Shown here: piece after piece, positions 1 through 14,465 of the stretch
How the letters are laid out: every line of letters starts with the position of its first letter
Numbering within the stretch: the stretch's first letter is position 1
From: Eledone cirrhosa
Taxonomy: Eukaryota
Reading direction: 5' to 3'
Length of the DNA stretch: 64,000 nt
NCBI GenBank assembly: GCA_964016885.1
Contig: OZ024766.1
Span: forward strand, 8,928,001-8,992,000
The notes under the pieces: model-generated
What the model was told of the DNA's origin: nothing
What the model saw: the letters and a program-made list of their open reading frames with translations, nothing else
The model's database searches: none
Program-made: the position numbers and the translations under genes

Positions 1-951
1 CACAAATGCATTCACGAGCGAGAGAGGCCGTATCAGTGTGATATCTGCGGTAAGTCCTTCGCTTCGACACATCGCTTGAATTCTCATATACGTAGCCATA
101 CAGGAGAGAAACCATACCACTGTCACATCTGTGGGCAATCATTTGCTGATTCTGGCAACTTATCTACACACAAACGTGTTCATACAGGAGAGAAACCATA
201 CAGCTGTGATGTCTGTGGTAAAAAGTTCTCCCATACGGCTAACTTAATTACTCACAAATATAGCCACACAGGAGAGAAACCATATCAGTGTGATATCTGT
301 GGTAAAGCCTTCTGTCAGCCGAATGCCTTAACTAGACATAAATATACTCATACAGGTGAGAAATTATACAGCTGTGATATCTGTGGTAAAGCGTTCTCTG
401 TGAAGTGTAACTTAAATACGCACAAACGTACTCATACAGGTGAGAAACCATACAGTTGCGATGTCTGTGGTAAGTTGTTCACACAGTTAGGCCATTTATC
501 TGTACATAAATACAGTCATACAGGACAGAAGCCGTATAAGTGCAACGTGTGTGGTTTAACCTTCTCTGAAAACTGTCAATTAACTACACATTCGTTTGTA
601 CATACAGGCGAGAAACTTTACAGGTGTGAGACCTGTGGTAAATCTTTCTCTGCCCCAAGCAACTTATCTAAACACAAACGTGTTCATACAGGAGAGAAGC
701 CCTTCAGTTGCGGTATCTGTGGTAAATCATTCGCCCAGTCGGGTTACGTATCTCAACATAAGTCCGTTCATACAGGAGAGAAACCATATCGATGTGGTAT
801 CTGTGGCAAATCGTTTTGTCTTTCAAGTTCTTTAACGAAGCACAAATCTGTTCATACGGGAGGGTTGCCGTATCGCTGTGATATCTGTGGTAAATCTTTT
901 GCTCATAAGAGTGTCTTAACTACACATATACTTATACATACAGGAGTATAA
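1..951 (+). CDS. Tandem C2H2 (Kruppel-type) zinc-finger protein, 3' part; gene starts upstream of the window
   Basis: Frame +1 is open from base 1 ([20 protein letters not shown]...) to TAA at 949-951. Eleven complete CxxC-x12-HxxxH fingers joined by TGEKPY-type linkers. The track start at 76 is a TTG, not a true start. Confidence 0.93.
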   Translation, partial: HKCIHERERPYQCDICGKSFASTHRLNSHIRSHTGEKPYHCHICGQSFADSGNLSTHKRVHTGEKPYSCDVCGKKFSHTANLITHKYSHTGEKPYQCDICGKAFCQPNALTRHKYTHTGEKLYSCDICGKAFSVKCNLNTHKRTHTGEKPYSCDVCGKLFTQLGHLSVHKYSHTGQKPYKCNVCGLTFSENCQLTTHSFVHTGEKLYRCETCGKSFSAPSNLSKHKRVHTGEKPFSCGICGKSFAQSGYVSQHKSVHTGEKPYRCGICGKSFCLSSSLTKHKSVHTGGLPYRCDICGKSFAHKSVLTTHILIHTGV

Positions 952-964
952 ATATATAAAGATA

Positions 965-1345
965 TCATGCTGCATGGTAGTGAGACATGGGCAGCAACTG
1001 CAGAAGATATGCTCCGTTGGATGTGCAATGTCGATGTACGTGAACGACCAAGCATAGATGAGTTGAGAGAGAAACTGGGTATAAGAGGGATAAGTTGTGG
1101 TGTGCGGGAGAGAAGACTGAGATGGTATGGGCATGGAGGATGACCGCTGGGTAAAGATGTGCCAAGAAATCCCAGTAGAGGAAGACCACGAAAAACATGA
1201 GCAGACCTCAGATCGCTGAAGCTCACGGAGGAGATGGCGAAGGACCGTGACAAGTGGAGAGATGCTGTGCTGAATAGGACCCGTCCCACCCTTGCAAGCA
1301 GGGAAAAGCGGACGTCAAATGATGTTGATGATGATGATCATCATC
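965..1345 (+). mobile_element. RTE-clade LINE 3' fragment, degraded
   Basis: Encodes MLHGSETWA and RRLRWYGH motifs typical of the RTE ORF C-terminus. Ends in GTCCCACCCTTGCAAGCAGGGAAAAGCGGACG plus (GAT)n. Homologous to 13920-14465. Confidence 0.8.
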
Positions 1346-1782
1346 ATCGTTTACATCCATCTTCCACTCTAGCAAAACTGTCTTCTTCTTTGCCCACTTG
1401 TTCCTGCAGAACCTTCCACAACAGGTCTTGAGGAATGCGGTGATATACCCTTTCAAGGTCGACAAAACAAGAACATACTTCTTGGCAATACTCCCAAGAC
1501 TTCTCAAAGACATGCCGCAGTGGGAATATTTGGTCGGCTGTGCTGCGTCCGGGGCGAAAACCTCACTGTTCATTAACTAGCTTGGACTTGACAACCCCCC
1601 CTACATCTCTTTGCCAGACACTTAGCATAGACTTTACTGGGGAGGCCCTCTGTATCTAGCTGGTAGCATCTAGCCTCCTCCACTAGCTCCTGCTCCTCGC
1701 CTGTAAGAGTTGTGATGTTCCAGGTTCCAATTGTTACGGTTTGCTCCCTTCCAGACCCTTTTTGGGGTCTCTGGATACATAA

Positions 1783-2120
1783 CTGTTTCTACGTTTGGCA
1801 CAAGGCCAGCAAATACCCCAGTGTATTACTGGTACTTTATTTTATCAACCCTGTAATAATTGTTTCTACTTTAGGCACAAGGCCAGCAATTACCCCAGTG
1901 TATTACTGGTACTTTATTTTATCGACCCCGTAATAATTGTTTCTACTTTAGGCACAAGGCCAGCAATTACCCCAGTGTATTACTGGTACTTTATTTTATC
2001 GACCCCGTAAGGATGAAAGGCAAAGTTAACCTCGGCGGGATTTGAACTCAGAATGGCAAGGGCCGTAACTCTATGCGTCAAAGCATGGCGTCCGACCCTC
2101 TACCGATACTGCCAATCCAC
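1783..2120 (-). mobile_element. tRNA-derived SINE (family A) with its 3' part triplicated
   Basis: Minus strand reads GAGTTCAAATCCCGCCGAGG (B-box) then CTTTGCCTTTCATCCTTACGGGGTCGATAAAATAAAGTACCAG. A ~77-bp segment occurs three times. Other copies at 11488-11595, 18243-18312, 48978-49115 and 55414-56165. Confidence 0.8.
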
Positions 2121-2469
2121 CATATCTCTGGATACATAATGTTTGTGTATCCATCCCGTGCTTCCTAGGACAGGTCGCAGGCCCATTACCAATTTTTGCA
2201 GCATGAAATGGAGACTGCGGTATATTTTTTTAACAGGCCCCTCTATTGAATATCTGAACGCGTCCCCCATTAACCCGCACGCAGGGCGATGCGGTATGGT
2301 TTTCCTTTATTTTCCTCATCATATTACAGTTTCAGTTGGAGTGGTTTTACTTGCGCCAGTCACCAATCTGGTGCTTTGTCAAACACTTGAGGACTAGGCT
2401 TTTTCTTTCTCTTGGTAGAGCTGTTCTGCTAGAGAACGGGTCACAGAGGGTGGCTAGTGATACGACCAC

Positions 2470-5400
2470 CAAATATGATGGCAACTGCCGGACCAACAGC
2501 AGTAAAGTACCAGGGCATTAGAGCAATGGGTTACATAAGGGGGCAACTGCTAGATGAATAAGCAACCCTGGACCACAACAACAGTAAAGTACTAGGGGAG
2601 TAGAGCAATGGGTTACATAAGGGGACAACTGCCAGATGAATAAGGGACCCTGGACCACAACAACAGTAAAGTACTAGGGGAGTAGAGCAATGGGTTACAT
2701 AAGGGGGCAACTGCCAGATGAATAAGCAACCCTGGACCACAACAACAGTAAAGTACTAGGGGAGTAGAGCAATGGGTTACATAAGGGGACAACTGCCAGA
2801 TGAATAAGCAACCCTGGACCACAACAACAGTAAAGTACTAGGGGAGTAGAGCAATGGGTTACATAAGGGGACAACTGCCAGATGAATAAGGGACCCTGGA
2901 CCACAACAACAGTAAAGTACTAGGGGAGTAGAGCAATGGGTTACATAAGGGGACAACTGCCAGATGAATAAGGGACCCTGGACCACAACAACAGTAAAGT
3001 ACTAGGGGAGTAGAGCAATGGGTTACATAAGGGGACAACTGCCAGATGAATAAGGGACCCTGGACCACAACAGTAAAGTACTAGGGGAGTAGAGCAATGG
3101 GTTACATAAGGGGACAACTGCCAGATGAATAAGGGACCCTGGACCACCACAACAGTAAAGTACTAGGGGAGTAGAGCAATGGGTTACATAAGGGGTCAAC
3201 TGCCAGATGAATAAGGGACCCTGGACCACCACAACAGTAAAGTACTAGGGGAGTAGAGCAATGGGTTACATAAGGGGACAACTGCCAGTGAATAAGCGAC
3301 CCTGGACCACAACAGCAGTAAAGTACTAGGGGAGTAGAGCAATGGGTTACATAAGGGGGCAACTGCCAGATGAATAAGTGACCCTGGACCACAACAGTAA
3401 AGTACTAGGGCATTAGAGCAATGGGTTCCATAAGGGGGCAACTGCCAGATGAATAAGCAACCCTGGACCACAACAGTAAAGTACTAGGGGAGTAGAGCAA
3501 TGGGTTACATAAGGGGACAACTGCCAGATGAATAAGTGACCCTGGACCACAACAGTAAAGTACTAGGGCATTAGAGCAATGGGTTCCATAAGGGGGCAAC
3601 TGCCAGATGAATAAGCAACCCTGGACCACAACAGTAAAGTACTAGGGGAGTAGAGCAATGGGTTACATAAGGGGACAACTGCCAGATGAATAAGGGACCC
3701 TGGACCACCACAACAGTAAAGTACTAGGGGAGTAGAGCAATGGGTTACATAAGGGGACAACTGCCAGTGAATAAGCGACCCTGGACCACAACAGCAGTAA
3801 AGTACTAGGGGAGTAGAGCAATGGGTTACATAAGGGGGCAACTGCCAGATGAATAAGTGACCCTGGACCACAACAACAGTAAAGTACTAGGGGAGTAGAG
3901 CAATGGGTTACATAAGGGGGCAACTGCCAGATGAATAAGCAACCCTGGACCACAACAACAGTAAAGTACTAGGGGAGTAGAGCAATGGGTTACATAAGGG
4001 GGCAACTGCCAGATGAATAAGCAACCCTGGACCACAACAACAGTAAAGTACTAGGGGAGTAGAGCAATGGGTTACATAAGGGGACAACTGCCAGATGAAT
4101 AAGGGACCCTGGACCACAACAACAGTAAAGTACTAGGGGAGTAGAGCAATGGGTTACATAAGGGGACAACTGCCAGATGAATAAGGGACCCTGGACCACA
4201 ACAACAGTAAAGTACTAGGGGAGTAGAGCAATGGGTTACATAAGGGGGCAACTGCCAGATGAATAAGCAACCCTGGACCACAACAACAGTAAAGTACTAG
4301 GGGAGTAGAGCAATGGGTTACATAAGGGGACAACTGCCAGATGAATAAGGGACCCTGGACCACAACAACAGTAAAGTACTAGGGGAGTAGAGCAATGGGT
4401 TACATAAGGGGTCAACTGCCAGATGAATAAGGGACCCTGGACCACAACAACAGTAAAGTACTAGGGGAGTAGAGCAATGGGTTACATAAGGGGGCAACTG
4501 CCAGATGAATAAGGGACCCTGGACCACAACAACAGTAAAGTACTAGGGGAGTAGAGCAATGGGTTACATAAGGGGACAACTGCCAGATGAATAAGCAACC
4601 CTGGACCACAACAACAGTAAAGTACTAGGGGAGTAGAGCAATGGGTTACATAAGGGGGCAACTGCTAGATGAATAAGCAACCCTGGACCACAACAGTAAA
4701 GTACTAGGGGAGTAGAGCAATGGGTTACATAAGGGGACAACTGCTAGATGAATAAGGGACCCTGGACCACAACAGTAAAGTACTAGGGGAGTAGAGCAAT
4801 GGGTTACATAAGGGGACAACTGCCAGATGAATAAGGGACCCTGGACCACAACAACAGTAAAGTACTAGGGGAGTAGAGCAATGGGTTACATAAGGGGTCA
4901 ACTGCCAGATGAATAAGGGACCCTGGACCACAACAACAGTAAAGTACTAGGGGAGTAGAGCAATGGGTTACATAAGGGGACAACTGCCAGATGAATAAGC
5001 AACCCTGGACCACAACAACAGTAAAGTACTAGGGGAGTAGAGCAATGGGTTACATAAGGGGACAACTGCCAGATGAATAAGCAACCCTGGACCACAACAG
5101 TAAAGTACTAGGGGAGTAGAGCAATGGGTTACATAAGGGGGCAACTGCCAGATGAATAAGCAACCCTGGACCACAACAACAGTAAAGTACTAGGGGAGTA
5201 GAGCAATGGGTTACATAAGGGGACAACTGCCAGATGAATAAGCAACCCTGGACCACAACAACAGTAAAGTACTAGGGGAGTAGAGCAATGGGTTACATAA
5301 GGGGACAACTGCCAGATGAATAAGGGACCCTGGACCACAACAACAGTAAAGTACTAGGGGAGTAGAGCAATGGGTTACATAAGGGGACAACTGCCAGATG

Positions 5401-8400
5401 AATAAGGGACCCTGGACCACAACAGTAAAGTACTAGGGGAGTAGAGCAATGGGTTACATAAGGGGACAACTGCCAGATGAACAAGCAACCCTGGACCACA
5501 ACAGTAAAGTACTAGGGGAGTAGAGCAATGGGTTACATAAGGGGACAACTGCCAGATGAATAAGGGACCCTGGACCACAACAGTAAAGTACTAGGGGAGT
5601 AGAGCAATGGGTTACATAAGGGGGCAACTGCCAGATGAATAAGGGACCCTGGACCACAACAGTAAAGTACTAGGGGAGTAGAGCAATGGGTTACATAAGG
5701 GGGCAACTGCCAGATGAATAAGCAACCCTGGACCACAACAGTAAAGTACCAGGGGAGTAGAGCAATGGGTTACATAAGGGGGCAACTGCCAGATGAATAA
5801 GGGACCCTGGACCACAACAACAGTAAAGTACTAGGGGAGTAGAGCAATGGGTTACATAAGGGGGCAACTGCCAGATGAATAAGGGACCCTGGACCACAAC
5901 AGTAAAGTACTAGGGGAGTAGAGCAATGGGTTACATAAGGGGGCAACTGCCAGATGAATAAGGGACCCTGGACCACAACAACAGTAAAGTACTAGGGGAG
6001 TAGAGCAATGGGTTACATAAGGGGGCAACTGCCAGATGAATAAGGGACCCTGGACCACAACAGTAAAGTACTAGGGGAGTAGAGCAATGGGTTACATAAG
6101 GGGGCAACTGCCAGATGAATAAGCAACCCTGGACCACAACAGTAAAGTACTAGGGGAATAGAGCAATGGGTTACATAAGGGGGCAACTGCCAGATGAATA
6201 AGCAACCCTGGACCACAACAACAGTAAAGTACTAGGGGAGTAGAGCAATGGGTTACATAAGGGGGCAACTGCCAGATGAATAAGGGACCCTGGACCACAA
6301 CAGTAAAGTACTAGGGGAGTAGAGCAATGGGTTACATAAGGGGGCAACTGCCAGATGAATAAGCAACCCTGGACCACAACAACAGTAAAGTACTAGGGGA
6401 GTAGAGCAATGGGTTACATAAGGGGACAACTGCCAGATGAATAAGGGACCCTGGACCACCACAACAGTAAAGTACTAGGGGAGTAGAGCAATGGGTTACA
6501 TAAGGGGTCAACTGCCAGATGAATAAGGGACCCTGGACCACAACAACAGTAAAGTACTAGGGGAGTAGAGCAATGGGTTACATAAGGGGACAACTGCCAG
6601 ATGAATAAGCAACCCTGGACCACAACAGTAAAGTACTAGGGGAGTAGAGCAATGGGTTACATAAGGGGACAACTGCCAGATGAATAAGGGACCCTGGACC
6701 ACAACAGTAAAGTACTAGGGGAGTAGAGCAATGGGTTACATAAGGGGGCAACTGCCAGATGAATAAGGGACCCTGGACCACAACAGCAGTAAAGTACTAG
6801 GGGAGTAGAGCAATGGGTTACATAAGGGGGCAACTGCCAGATGAATAAGCAACCCTGGACCACAACAACAGTAAAGTACTAGGGGAGTAGAGCAATGGGT
6901 TACATAAGGGGACAACTGCTAGATGAATAAGGGACCCTGGACCACAACAGTAAAGTACTAGGGGAGTAGAGCAATGGGTTACATAAGGGGGCAACTGCCA
7001 GTGAATAAGCGACCCTGGACCACAACAGCAGTAAAGTACTAGGGGAGTAGAGCAATGGGTTACATAAGGGGGCAACTGCCAGATGAATAAGCAACCCTGG
7101 ACCACAACAGTAAAGTACTAGGGGAGTAGAGCAATGGGTTACATAAGGGGGCAACTGCCAGATGAATAAGCAACCCTGGACCACAACAGTAAAGTACTAG
7201 GGGAGTAGAGCAATGGGTTACATAAAGGGGCAACTGCCAGATGAATAAGCAACCCTGGACCACAACAGTAAAGTACCAGGGCAGTAGAGCAATGGGTTAC
7301 ATAAAGGGGCAACTGCCAGATGAATAAGCAACCCTGGACCACAACAGCAGTAAAGTACTAGGGTAGTAGAGCAATGGGTTACATAAGGGGACAACTGCCA
7401 GATGAATAAGTGACCCTGGACCACAACAGTAAAGTACTAGGGGAGTAGAGCAATGGGTTACATAAGGGGGCAACTGCCAGATGAATAAGCAACCCTGGAC
7501 CACAACAGTAAAGTACCAGGGCAGTAGAGCAATGGGTTACATAAAGGGGCAACTGCCAGATGAATAAGCAACCCTGGACCACAACAGCAGTAAAGTACTA
7601 GGGGAGTAGAGCAATGGGTTACATAAGGGGTCAACTGCCAGATGAATAAGCAACCCTGGACCACAACAACAGTAAAGTACTAGGGGAGTAGAGCAATGGG
7701 TTACATAAGGGGACAACTGCCAGATGAATAAGGGACCCTGGACCACAACAGCAGTAAAGTACTAGGGGAGATGGGGCAATGGGTTACATAAGGGGGCAAC
7801 TGCCAGATGAATAAGTGACCCTGGACCACAACAGTAAAGTACTAGGGGAGTAGAGCAATGGGTTACATAAGGGGGCAACTGCCAGATGAATAAGCAACCC
7901 TGGACCACAACAGCAGTAAAGTACTAGGGGAGTAGAGCAATGGGTTACATAAGGGGACAACTGCCAGATGAATAAGGGACCCTGGACCACAACAGCAGTA
8001 AAGTACTAGGGGAGATGGGGCAATGGGTTACATAAGGGGGCAACTGCCAGATGAATAAGTGACCCTGGACCACAACAGTAAAGTACTAGGGGAGTAGAGC
8101 AATGGGTTACATAAGGGGGCAACTGCCAGATGAATAAGCAACCCTGGACCACAACAACAGTAAAGTACTAGGGGAGTAGAGCAATGGGTTACATAAAGGG
8201 GCAACTGCCAGATGAATAAGCAACCCTGGACCACAACAGTAAAGTACTAGGGGAGTAGAGCAATGGGTTACATAAGGGGGCAACTGCCAGATGAATAAGC
8301 AACCCTGGACCACAACAACAGTAAAGTACTAGGGGAGTAGAGCAATGGGTTACATAAGGGGGCAACTGCCAGATGAATAAGTGACCCTGGACCACAACAG

Positions 8401-10850
8401 TAAAGTACTAGGGGAGTAGAGCAATGGGTTACATAAGGGGGCAACTGCTAGATGAATAAGTGACCCTGGACCACAACAGTAAAGTACTAGGGGAGTAGAG
8501 CAATGGGTTACATAAGGGGGCAACTGCCAGATGAATAAGTGACCCTGGACCACAACAGTAAAGTACTAGGGGAGTAGAGCAATGGGTTACATAAGGGGGC
8601 AACTGCCAGATGAATAAGTGACCCTGGACCACAACAGTAAAGTACTAGGGGAGTAGAGCAATGGGTTACATAAGGGGGCAACTGCCAGATGAATAAGTGA
8701 CCCTGGACCACAACAGTAAAGTACTAGGGGAGTAGAGCAATGGGTTACATAAGGGGGCAACTGCCAGATGAATAAGTGACCCTGGACCACAACAGTAAAG
8801 TACTAGGGGAGTAGAGCAATGGGTTACATAAGGGGGCAACTGCCAGATGAATAAGTGACCCTGGACCACAACAGTAAAGTACTAGGGGAGTAGAGCAATG
8901 GGTTACATAAAGGGGCAACTGCCAGATGAATAAGCAACCCTGGACCACAACAGTAAAGTACTAGGGGAGTAGAGCAATGGGTTACATAAGGGGGCAACTG
9001 CCAGATGAATAAGCAACCCTGGACCACAACAACAGTAAAGTACTAGGGGAGTAGAGCAATGGGTTACATAAGGGGGCAACTGCCAGATGAATAAGTGACC
9101 CTGGACCACAACAGTAAAGTACTAGGGGAGTAGAGCAATGGGTTACATAAGGGGGCAACTGCTAGATGAATAAGTGACCCTGGACCACAACAGTAAAGTA
9201 CTAGGGGAGTAGAGCAATGGGTTACATAAGGGGGCAACTGCCAGATGAATAAGTGACCCTGGACCACAACAGTAAAGTACTAGGGGAGTAGAGCAATGGG
9301 TTACATAAGGGGGCAACTGCCAGATGAATAAGGGACCCTGGACCACAACAACAGTAAAGTACTAGGGGAGTAGAGCAATGGGTTACATAAGGGGACAACT
9401 GCCAGATGAATAAGGGACCCTGGACCACAACAACAGTAAAGTACTAGGGGAGTAGAGCAATGGGTTACATAAGGGGGCAACTGCCAGATGAATAAGGGAC
9501 CCTGGACCACAACAACAGTAAAGTACTAGGGGAGTAGAGCAATGGGTTACATAAGGGGGCAACTGCCAGATGAATAAGGGACCCTGGACCACAACAACAG
9601 TAAAGTACTAGGGGAGTAGAGCAATGGGTTACATAAGGGGGCAACTGCCAGATGAATAAGCAACCCTGGACCACCACAACAGTAAAGTACTAGGGGAGTA
9701 GAGCAATGGGTTACATAAGGGGGCAACTGCCAGATGAATAAGGGACCCTGGACCACAACAACAGTAAAGTACTAGGGGAGTAGAGCAATGGGTTACATAA
9801 GGGGGCAACTGCCAGATGAATAAGGGACCCTGGACCACAACAGCAGTAAAGTACTAGGGGAGTAGAGCAATGGGTTACATAAGGGGGCAACTGCTAGATG
9901 AATAAGGGACCCTGGACCACAACAGCAGTAAAGTACTAGGGGAGTAGAGCAATGGGTTACATAAGGGGGCAACTGCCAGATGAATAAGCAACCCTGGACC
10001 ACAACAGCAGTAAAGTACTAGGGGAGTAGAGCAATGGGTTACATAAGGGGGCAACTGCCAGATGAATAAGCAACCCTGGACCACAACAGTAAAGTACTAG
10101 GGGAGTAGAGCAATGGGTTACATAAGGGGGCAACTGCCAGGTGAATAAGTGACCCTGGACCACAACAGTAAAGTACTAGGGGAGTAGAGCAATGGGTTAC
10201 ATAAGGGGGCAACTGCCAGATGAATAAGCAACCCTGGACCACAACAGTAAAGTACTAGGGGAGTAGAGCAATGGGTTACATAAGGGGGCAACTGCCAGGT
10301 GAATAAGTGACCCTGGACCACAACAGTAAAGTACTAGGGGAGTAGAGCAATGGGTTACATAAGGGGGCAACTGCCAGATGAATAAGCAACCCTGGACCAC
10401 AACAGTAAAGTACTAGGGGAGTAGAGCAATGGGTTACATAAGGGGTCAACTGCCAGATGAATAAGGGACCCTGGACCACAACAGTAAAGTACTAGGGGAG
10501 TAGAGCAATGGGTTACATAAGGGGACAACTGCCAGATGAATAAGGGACCCTGGACCACAACAGTAAAGTACTAGGGGAGTAGAGCAATGGGTTACATAAG
10601 GGGGCAACTGCCAGTGAATAAGCGACCCTGGACCACAACAACAGTAAAGTACTAGGGGAGTAGAGCAATGGGTTACATAAGGGGGCAACTGCCAGTGAAT
10701 AAGCGACCCTGGACCACAACAACAGTAAAGTACTAGGGGAGATGGAGCAAGGGTTACATAAGGGGGCAACTGCCAGTGAATAAGCGACCCTGGACCACAA
10801 CAGCAGTAAAGTACTAGGGGAGATGGGGCAATGGGTTACACCTGTAGCTG
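2470..10850. repeat. 79/82-bp tandem satellite, about 100 copies
   Basis: Unit GGGTTACATAAGGGG(G/A)CAACTGCCAGATGAATAAG(GG/CA/TG)ACCCTGGACCACAAC(AAC)AGTAAAGTACTAGGGGAGTAGAGCAAT; length variants come from a 3-bp (AAC) indel. Confidence 0.98.
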
Positions 10851-11029
10851 CCAAGAAAACTCTCACAACCCAGACATAGCAACAAAACAGTCAAATTTTA
10901 AAATGTTTATATATATTAAAACTTTACAACACAATTTTATGTTAGAACTTTTTCTTAAATAATCTACCAAACTCCAACTTGGTAATGGAAAAGTTATTTT
11001 ATTAATTTCCTTCAAATATTTTCTTATTT

Positions 11030-12040
11030 CCAACACTTTAGCATTTACATTTCTCTATATTTTCACAGTAAAGGCTTTACCTCACATAATTACCTCATAA
11101 TTACCTCACATATTTACCTCATATGGCTTAGTAGTTAGAGCATTGACCTTGCAATCGAAAGGTTGTGAGTTCAATTCTCAGACCGGGTGATGTGTTGTTT
11201 CCTTGAGCAAGACACTTTATTTCACATTGCTCCAGTTTACTCAGCTGTAGAAATGAGATGATAGGGACTGGGGTCCTTATCATTCCACTGTAAAGTGGTC
11301 GTGGAGGTGCCACGGCAAAAAAAGCACCCAGCACTCACTGTAAATGAGGTTGGTGTTAGGAAGGGCATCCAGCTGTAGAAATCAAGCCAGAATCAGTTCC
11401 CGTCCCACCCTTGCAAGCAGGGAAAAGGGGACGTAAAATGAAATGAAATGAATTACCTCATAATTATCTCATATAATTTACCTCACAATCCCGCCGAGGT
11501 CAACTTTGCCTTTCATCCTTACGGGGTCGATAAAATAAAGTACCAGTAATACACTGGGATAATTGCTGGCCTTGTGCCAAAAGTAGAAACAATTATTACT
11601 TCACATATTTACTTCACATAATTACCTCACATATTTACCTCACATAATTACTTCACATAATTACCTCTCATAATTACTTCACATAATTACCTCACATATT
11701 TACTTCACATAATTACTTCACATAATTACCTCACATAATTACTTCACATAATTACTTCACATATTAACCTCACATATTTACCTCACATAATTACTTCACA
11801 TAATTACCTCACATAATTACCTCACATAATTACCTCACATATTTACCTCACATAATTACTTCACATAATTACTTCACATAATTACCTCACATAATTACTT
11901 CACATATTTACCTCACATAATTACCTCACATAATTACCTCTCATAATTACCTCACATAATTACCTCACATAATTACCTCTCATATCATTTACAGAAAGAG
12001 GTGAGAGAATTGTGGCCAGTTTAAATGCTAAAGAGTTAAT
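11030..12040 (-). mobile_element. Non-autonomous TIR element (MITE, TTAA/piggyBac-like ends) with internal 14-bp repeat expansion and nested SINEs
   Basis: Left end AACACTTTAGCATTTA and right end TAAATGCTAAAGAGTTAA are inverted complements. Interior has TTTCACAGTAAAGGCTTTACCTCACATAAT (reverse complement of the 72-bp satellite) and an (ATAATTACCTCAC)-type array at 11595-11985. Confidence 0.6.
11123..11452 (+). mobile_element. tRNA-derived SINE (family B) with RTE-like 3' tail
   Basis: A-box TGGCTTAGTAGTT, B-box GAGTTCAATTC, central CCTTGAGCAAGACACTT, 3' end CCGTCCCACCCTTGCAAGCAGGGAAAAG followed by (AAATG)n. Confidence 0.8.
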
Positions 12041-12194
12041 TGAAATCCTTTGTTTAAGTATTTCTTTATAAATGTTATAAAATAAAAATTTGACAAGTTT
12101 TTACTGTCTGTGAAGAATAAAAATAATTTGTATTATTTGTTTGTTTTCTATAAAATCTGATGTTTTGGTTTGTCTGGTGTCAGGATTATGTACA

Positions 12195-12455
12195 AAATAA
12201 ACTGAGAGAGAAACTGGGTATAAGAGGAACCAGGTGTAGTGTTCAGGTGAGGAGATTGTGTTGGTATCGACATGTGATGTGTATGAGGGATGACAGCTGT
12301 ATAAAATGGTGCTGGGTGATAAAAACTGACCTTGTGAAATTACACCCCTCTCAAAGACAATGACATAGGATCGAGATCTTTGGCATTATGCAGTAATACA
12401 GAAAACCCACCTTCTCATGTGATGCATGGGAAGGATGATAAAAATTGATGGAAGA
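12195..12455 (+). mobile_element. Degraded RTE-like LINE 3' fragments
   Basis: LREKLGIRG...RRLCWYRHVM motif; related pieces at 14565-14920. Confidence 0.6.
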
Positions 12456-13790
12456 CCTTACAGTGTGAACTGGGTGGTTTTTGTTGTGACACCTACATGA
12501 CCACTTTACAGTGTGAACTGGGTGGTTTTTGTTGTGACACCTACACAACCACTTTACAGTGTGGACTGGGTGGTTTTTTGTTGTGACACCTACACAACCA
12601 CTTTACAGTGTGGACTGGGTGGTTTTTGTTGTGACACCTACATGACCCTTTTACAGTGTTGACTGGGTGCTTTTTGTTGTGACACCTACATGACCCTTTT
12701 ACAGTGTTGACTGGGTGCTTTTTGTTGTGACACCTACATGACCACTTTACAGTGTGGACTGGGTGCTTTTTGTTGTGACACCTACATGACCACTTTACAG
12801 TGTGGACTGGGTGCTTTTTGTTGTGACACCTACATGACCACTTTACAGTGTGGACTGGGTGCTTTTTGTCATGACACCTACATGACCACTTTACAGTGTG
12901 GACGGTGATTTTTGTTGTGACACCTACATGACCACTTTACAGTGTGAACTGGGTGTCTTTTTGTCATGACACCTACATGACCACTTTACAGTGTGGACTG
13001 GGTGCTTTTTGTCATGACACCTACATGACCCTTTTACAGTGTTGACTGGGTGCTTTTTGTCATGACACCTACATGACCACTTTACAGTGTGAACTGGGTG
13101 ATTTTTGTTGTGACACCTACATGACCACTTTACAATGTGGACTGGGTGGTTTTTGTTGTGACACCTACACAACCACTTTACAGTGTGGACTGGGTGGTTT
13201 TTGTTGTGACACCTACATGACCACTTTACAGTGTGGACTGGGTGCTTTTTGTCATGACACCTACATGACCACTTTACAGTGTGAACTGGGTCTCTTTTTG
13301 TCATGACACCTACATGACCACTTTACAGTGTGGACTGGGTGCTTTTTGTCATGACACCTACATGACCCTTTTACAGTGTTGACTGGGTGCTTTTTGTCAT
13401 GACACCTACATGACCACTTTACAGTGTGAACTGGGTGATTTTTGTTGTGACACCTACATGACCACTTTACAATGTGGACTGGGTGGCTTTTGTTGTGACA
13501 CCTACACAACCACTTTACAGTGTGGACTGGGTGGTTTTTGTTGTGACACCTACATGACCACTTTACAGTGTGGACTGGGTGCTTTTTGTCATGACACCTA
13601 CATGACCACTTTACAGTGTGAACTGGGTCTCTTTTTGTCATGACACCTACATGACCACTTTACAGTGTGGACTGGGTGCTTTTTGTCATGACACCTACAT
13701 GACCACTTTACAGTGTGGACTGGGTGTCTTTTTGTCATGACACCTACATGACCACTTTACAGTGTGGACTGGGTGTCTTTTTGTCGTGAA
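12455..13790. repeat. 48-bp tandem satellite (SINE-derived)
   Basis: Unit ACCACTTTACAGTGTGGACTGGGTGCTTTTTGTCATGACACCTACATG with a ~337-bp higher-order duplication (near-identical ORF translations at 12924/13261 and 13073/13410). Confidence 0.95.
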
Positions 13791-13919
13791 GGATGACAGC
13801 TGTATAAAAAGGTGCAGGGTGATAAAAATTAATGGAAGACCTTACAGTGTGGGTTGGATGTTCTGTGGTACCAACATAACTTTACAGAGAAAGAGTGGGT
13901 GTGGGGAGGGGTGAATAAA

Positions 13920-14465
13920 TATATATGAAGGTTAGCATGGGAGGGGAGGGGGTGTTCTGAGGCCATAGTATCTAGAATAAGCACGGGTTGGAAGAAGTTT
14001 AGGGAGCTGTTGACGAAGAAGGGTTTCTCTCTGCGTAAGAAAGGCCGGTTATATGATGCCTGTGTGAGGAGCGCAATGCTGCATGGTAGTGAGACATGGG
14101 CAGCAACTGCGGAGGATATGCAACGGCTGCAGAGAACTGAGGCAAGTATGCTCCGTTGGATGTGCAATGTCTGGGAGGAATAGAATGTAGTGTGCGAGAG
14201 AGGAGACTGAGGTGGTATGGACATGTGATGCGCATGGAGGATGACCGATGGGTGAAGAAGTGCCAGGAAATGCCAGTTGAAGGAAGACGTGGTAGAGGTA
14301 GACCACGAAAAACATGGGCGAAGGTGGTGAGAACAGACCTCAGATCGCTGAAGCTCACGGTGGAGATGACGAAGGACCGTGACAAGTGGAGAGATGCTGT
14401 GCTGAATAAGACCTGTCCCACCCTTGCAAGCAGGGAAGAGCGGATGTAAAATTGATGATGATGAG
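13920..14465 (+). mobile_element. RTE-clade LINE 3' fragment
   Basis: Translates to ...KKFRELL...KGRLYDACVRSAMLHGSETWA...RRLRWYGHVMRMEDDRWVKKC...GRRGRGRPRKTW, followed by a (GAT)n tail. Confidence 0.88.

Noticed and set aside
2531-10866. About 100 short Cys-rich ORFs (MVQG..YCCCG..) as a toxin or peptide gene array
   Set aside because: They are overlapping frame-shifted readings of a 79/82-bp satellite, start at GTG and have no signal peptide.
11123-11200. tRNA gene
   Set aside because: The A/B boxes belong to a SINE head that continues into SINE body and tail, with several dispersed copies and no clean cloverleaf.
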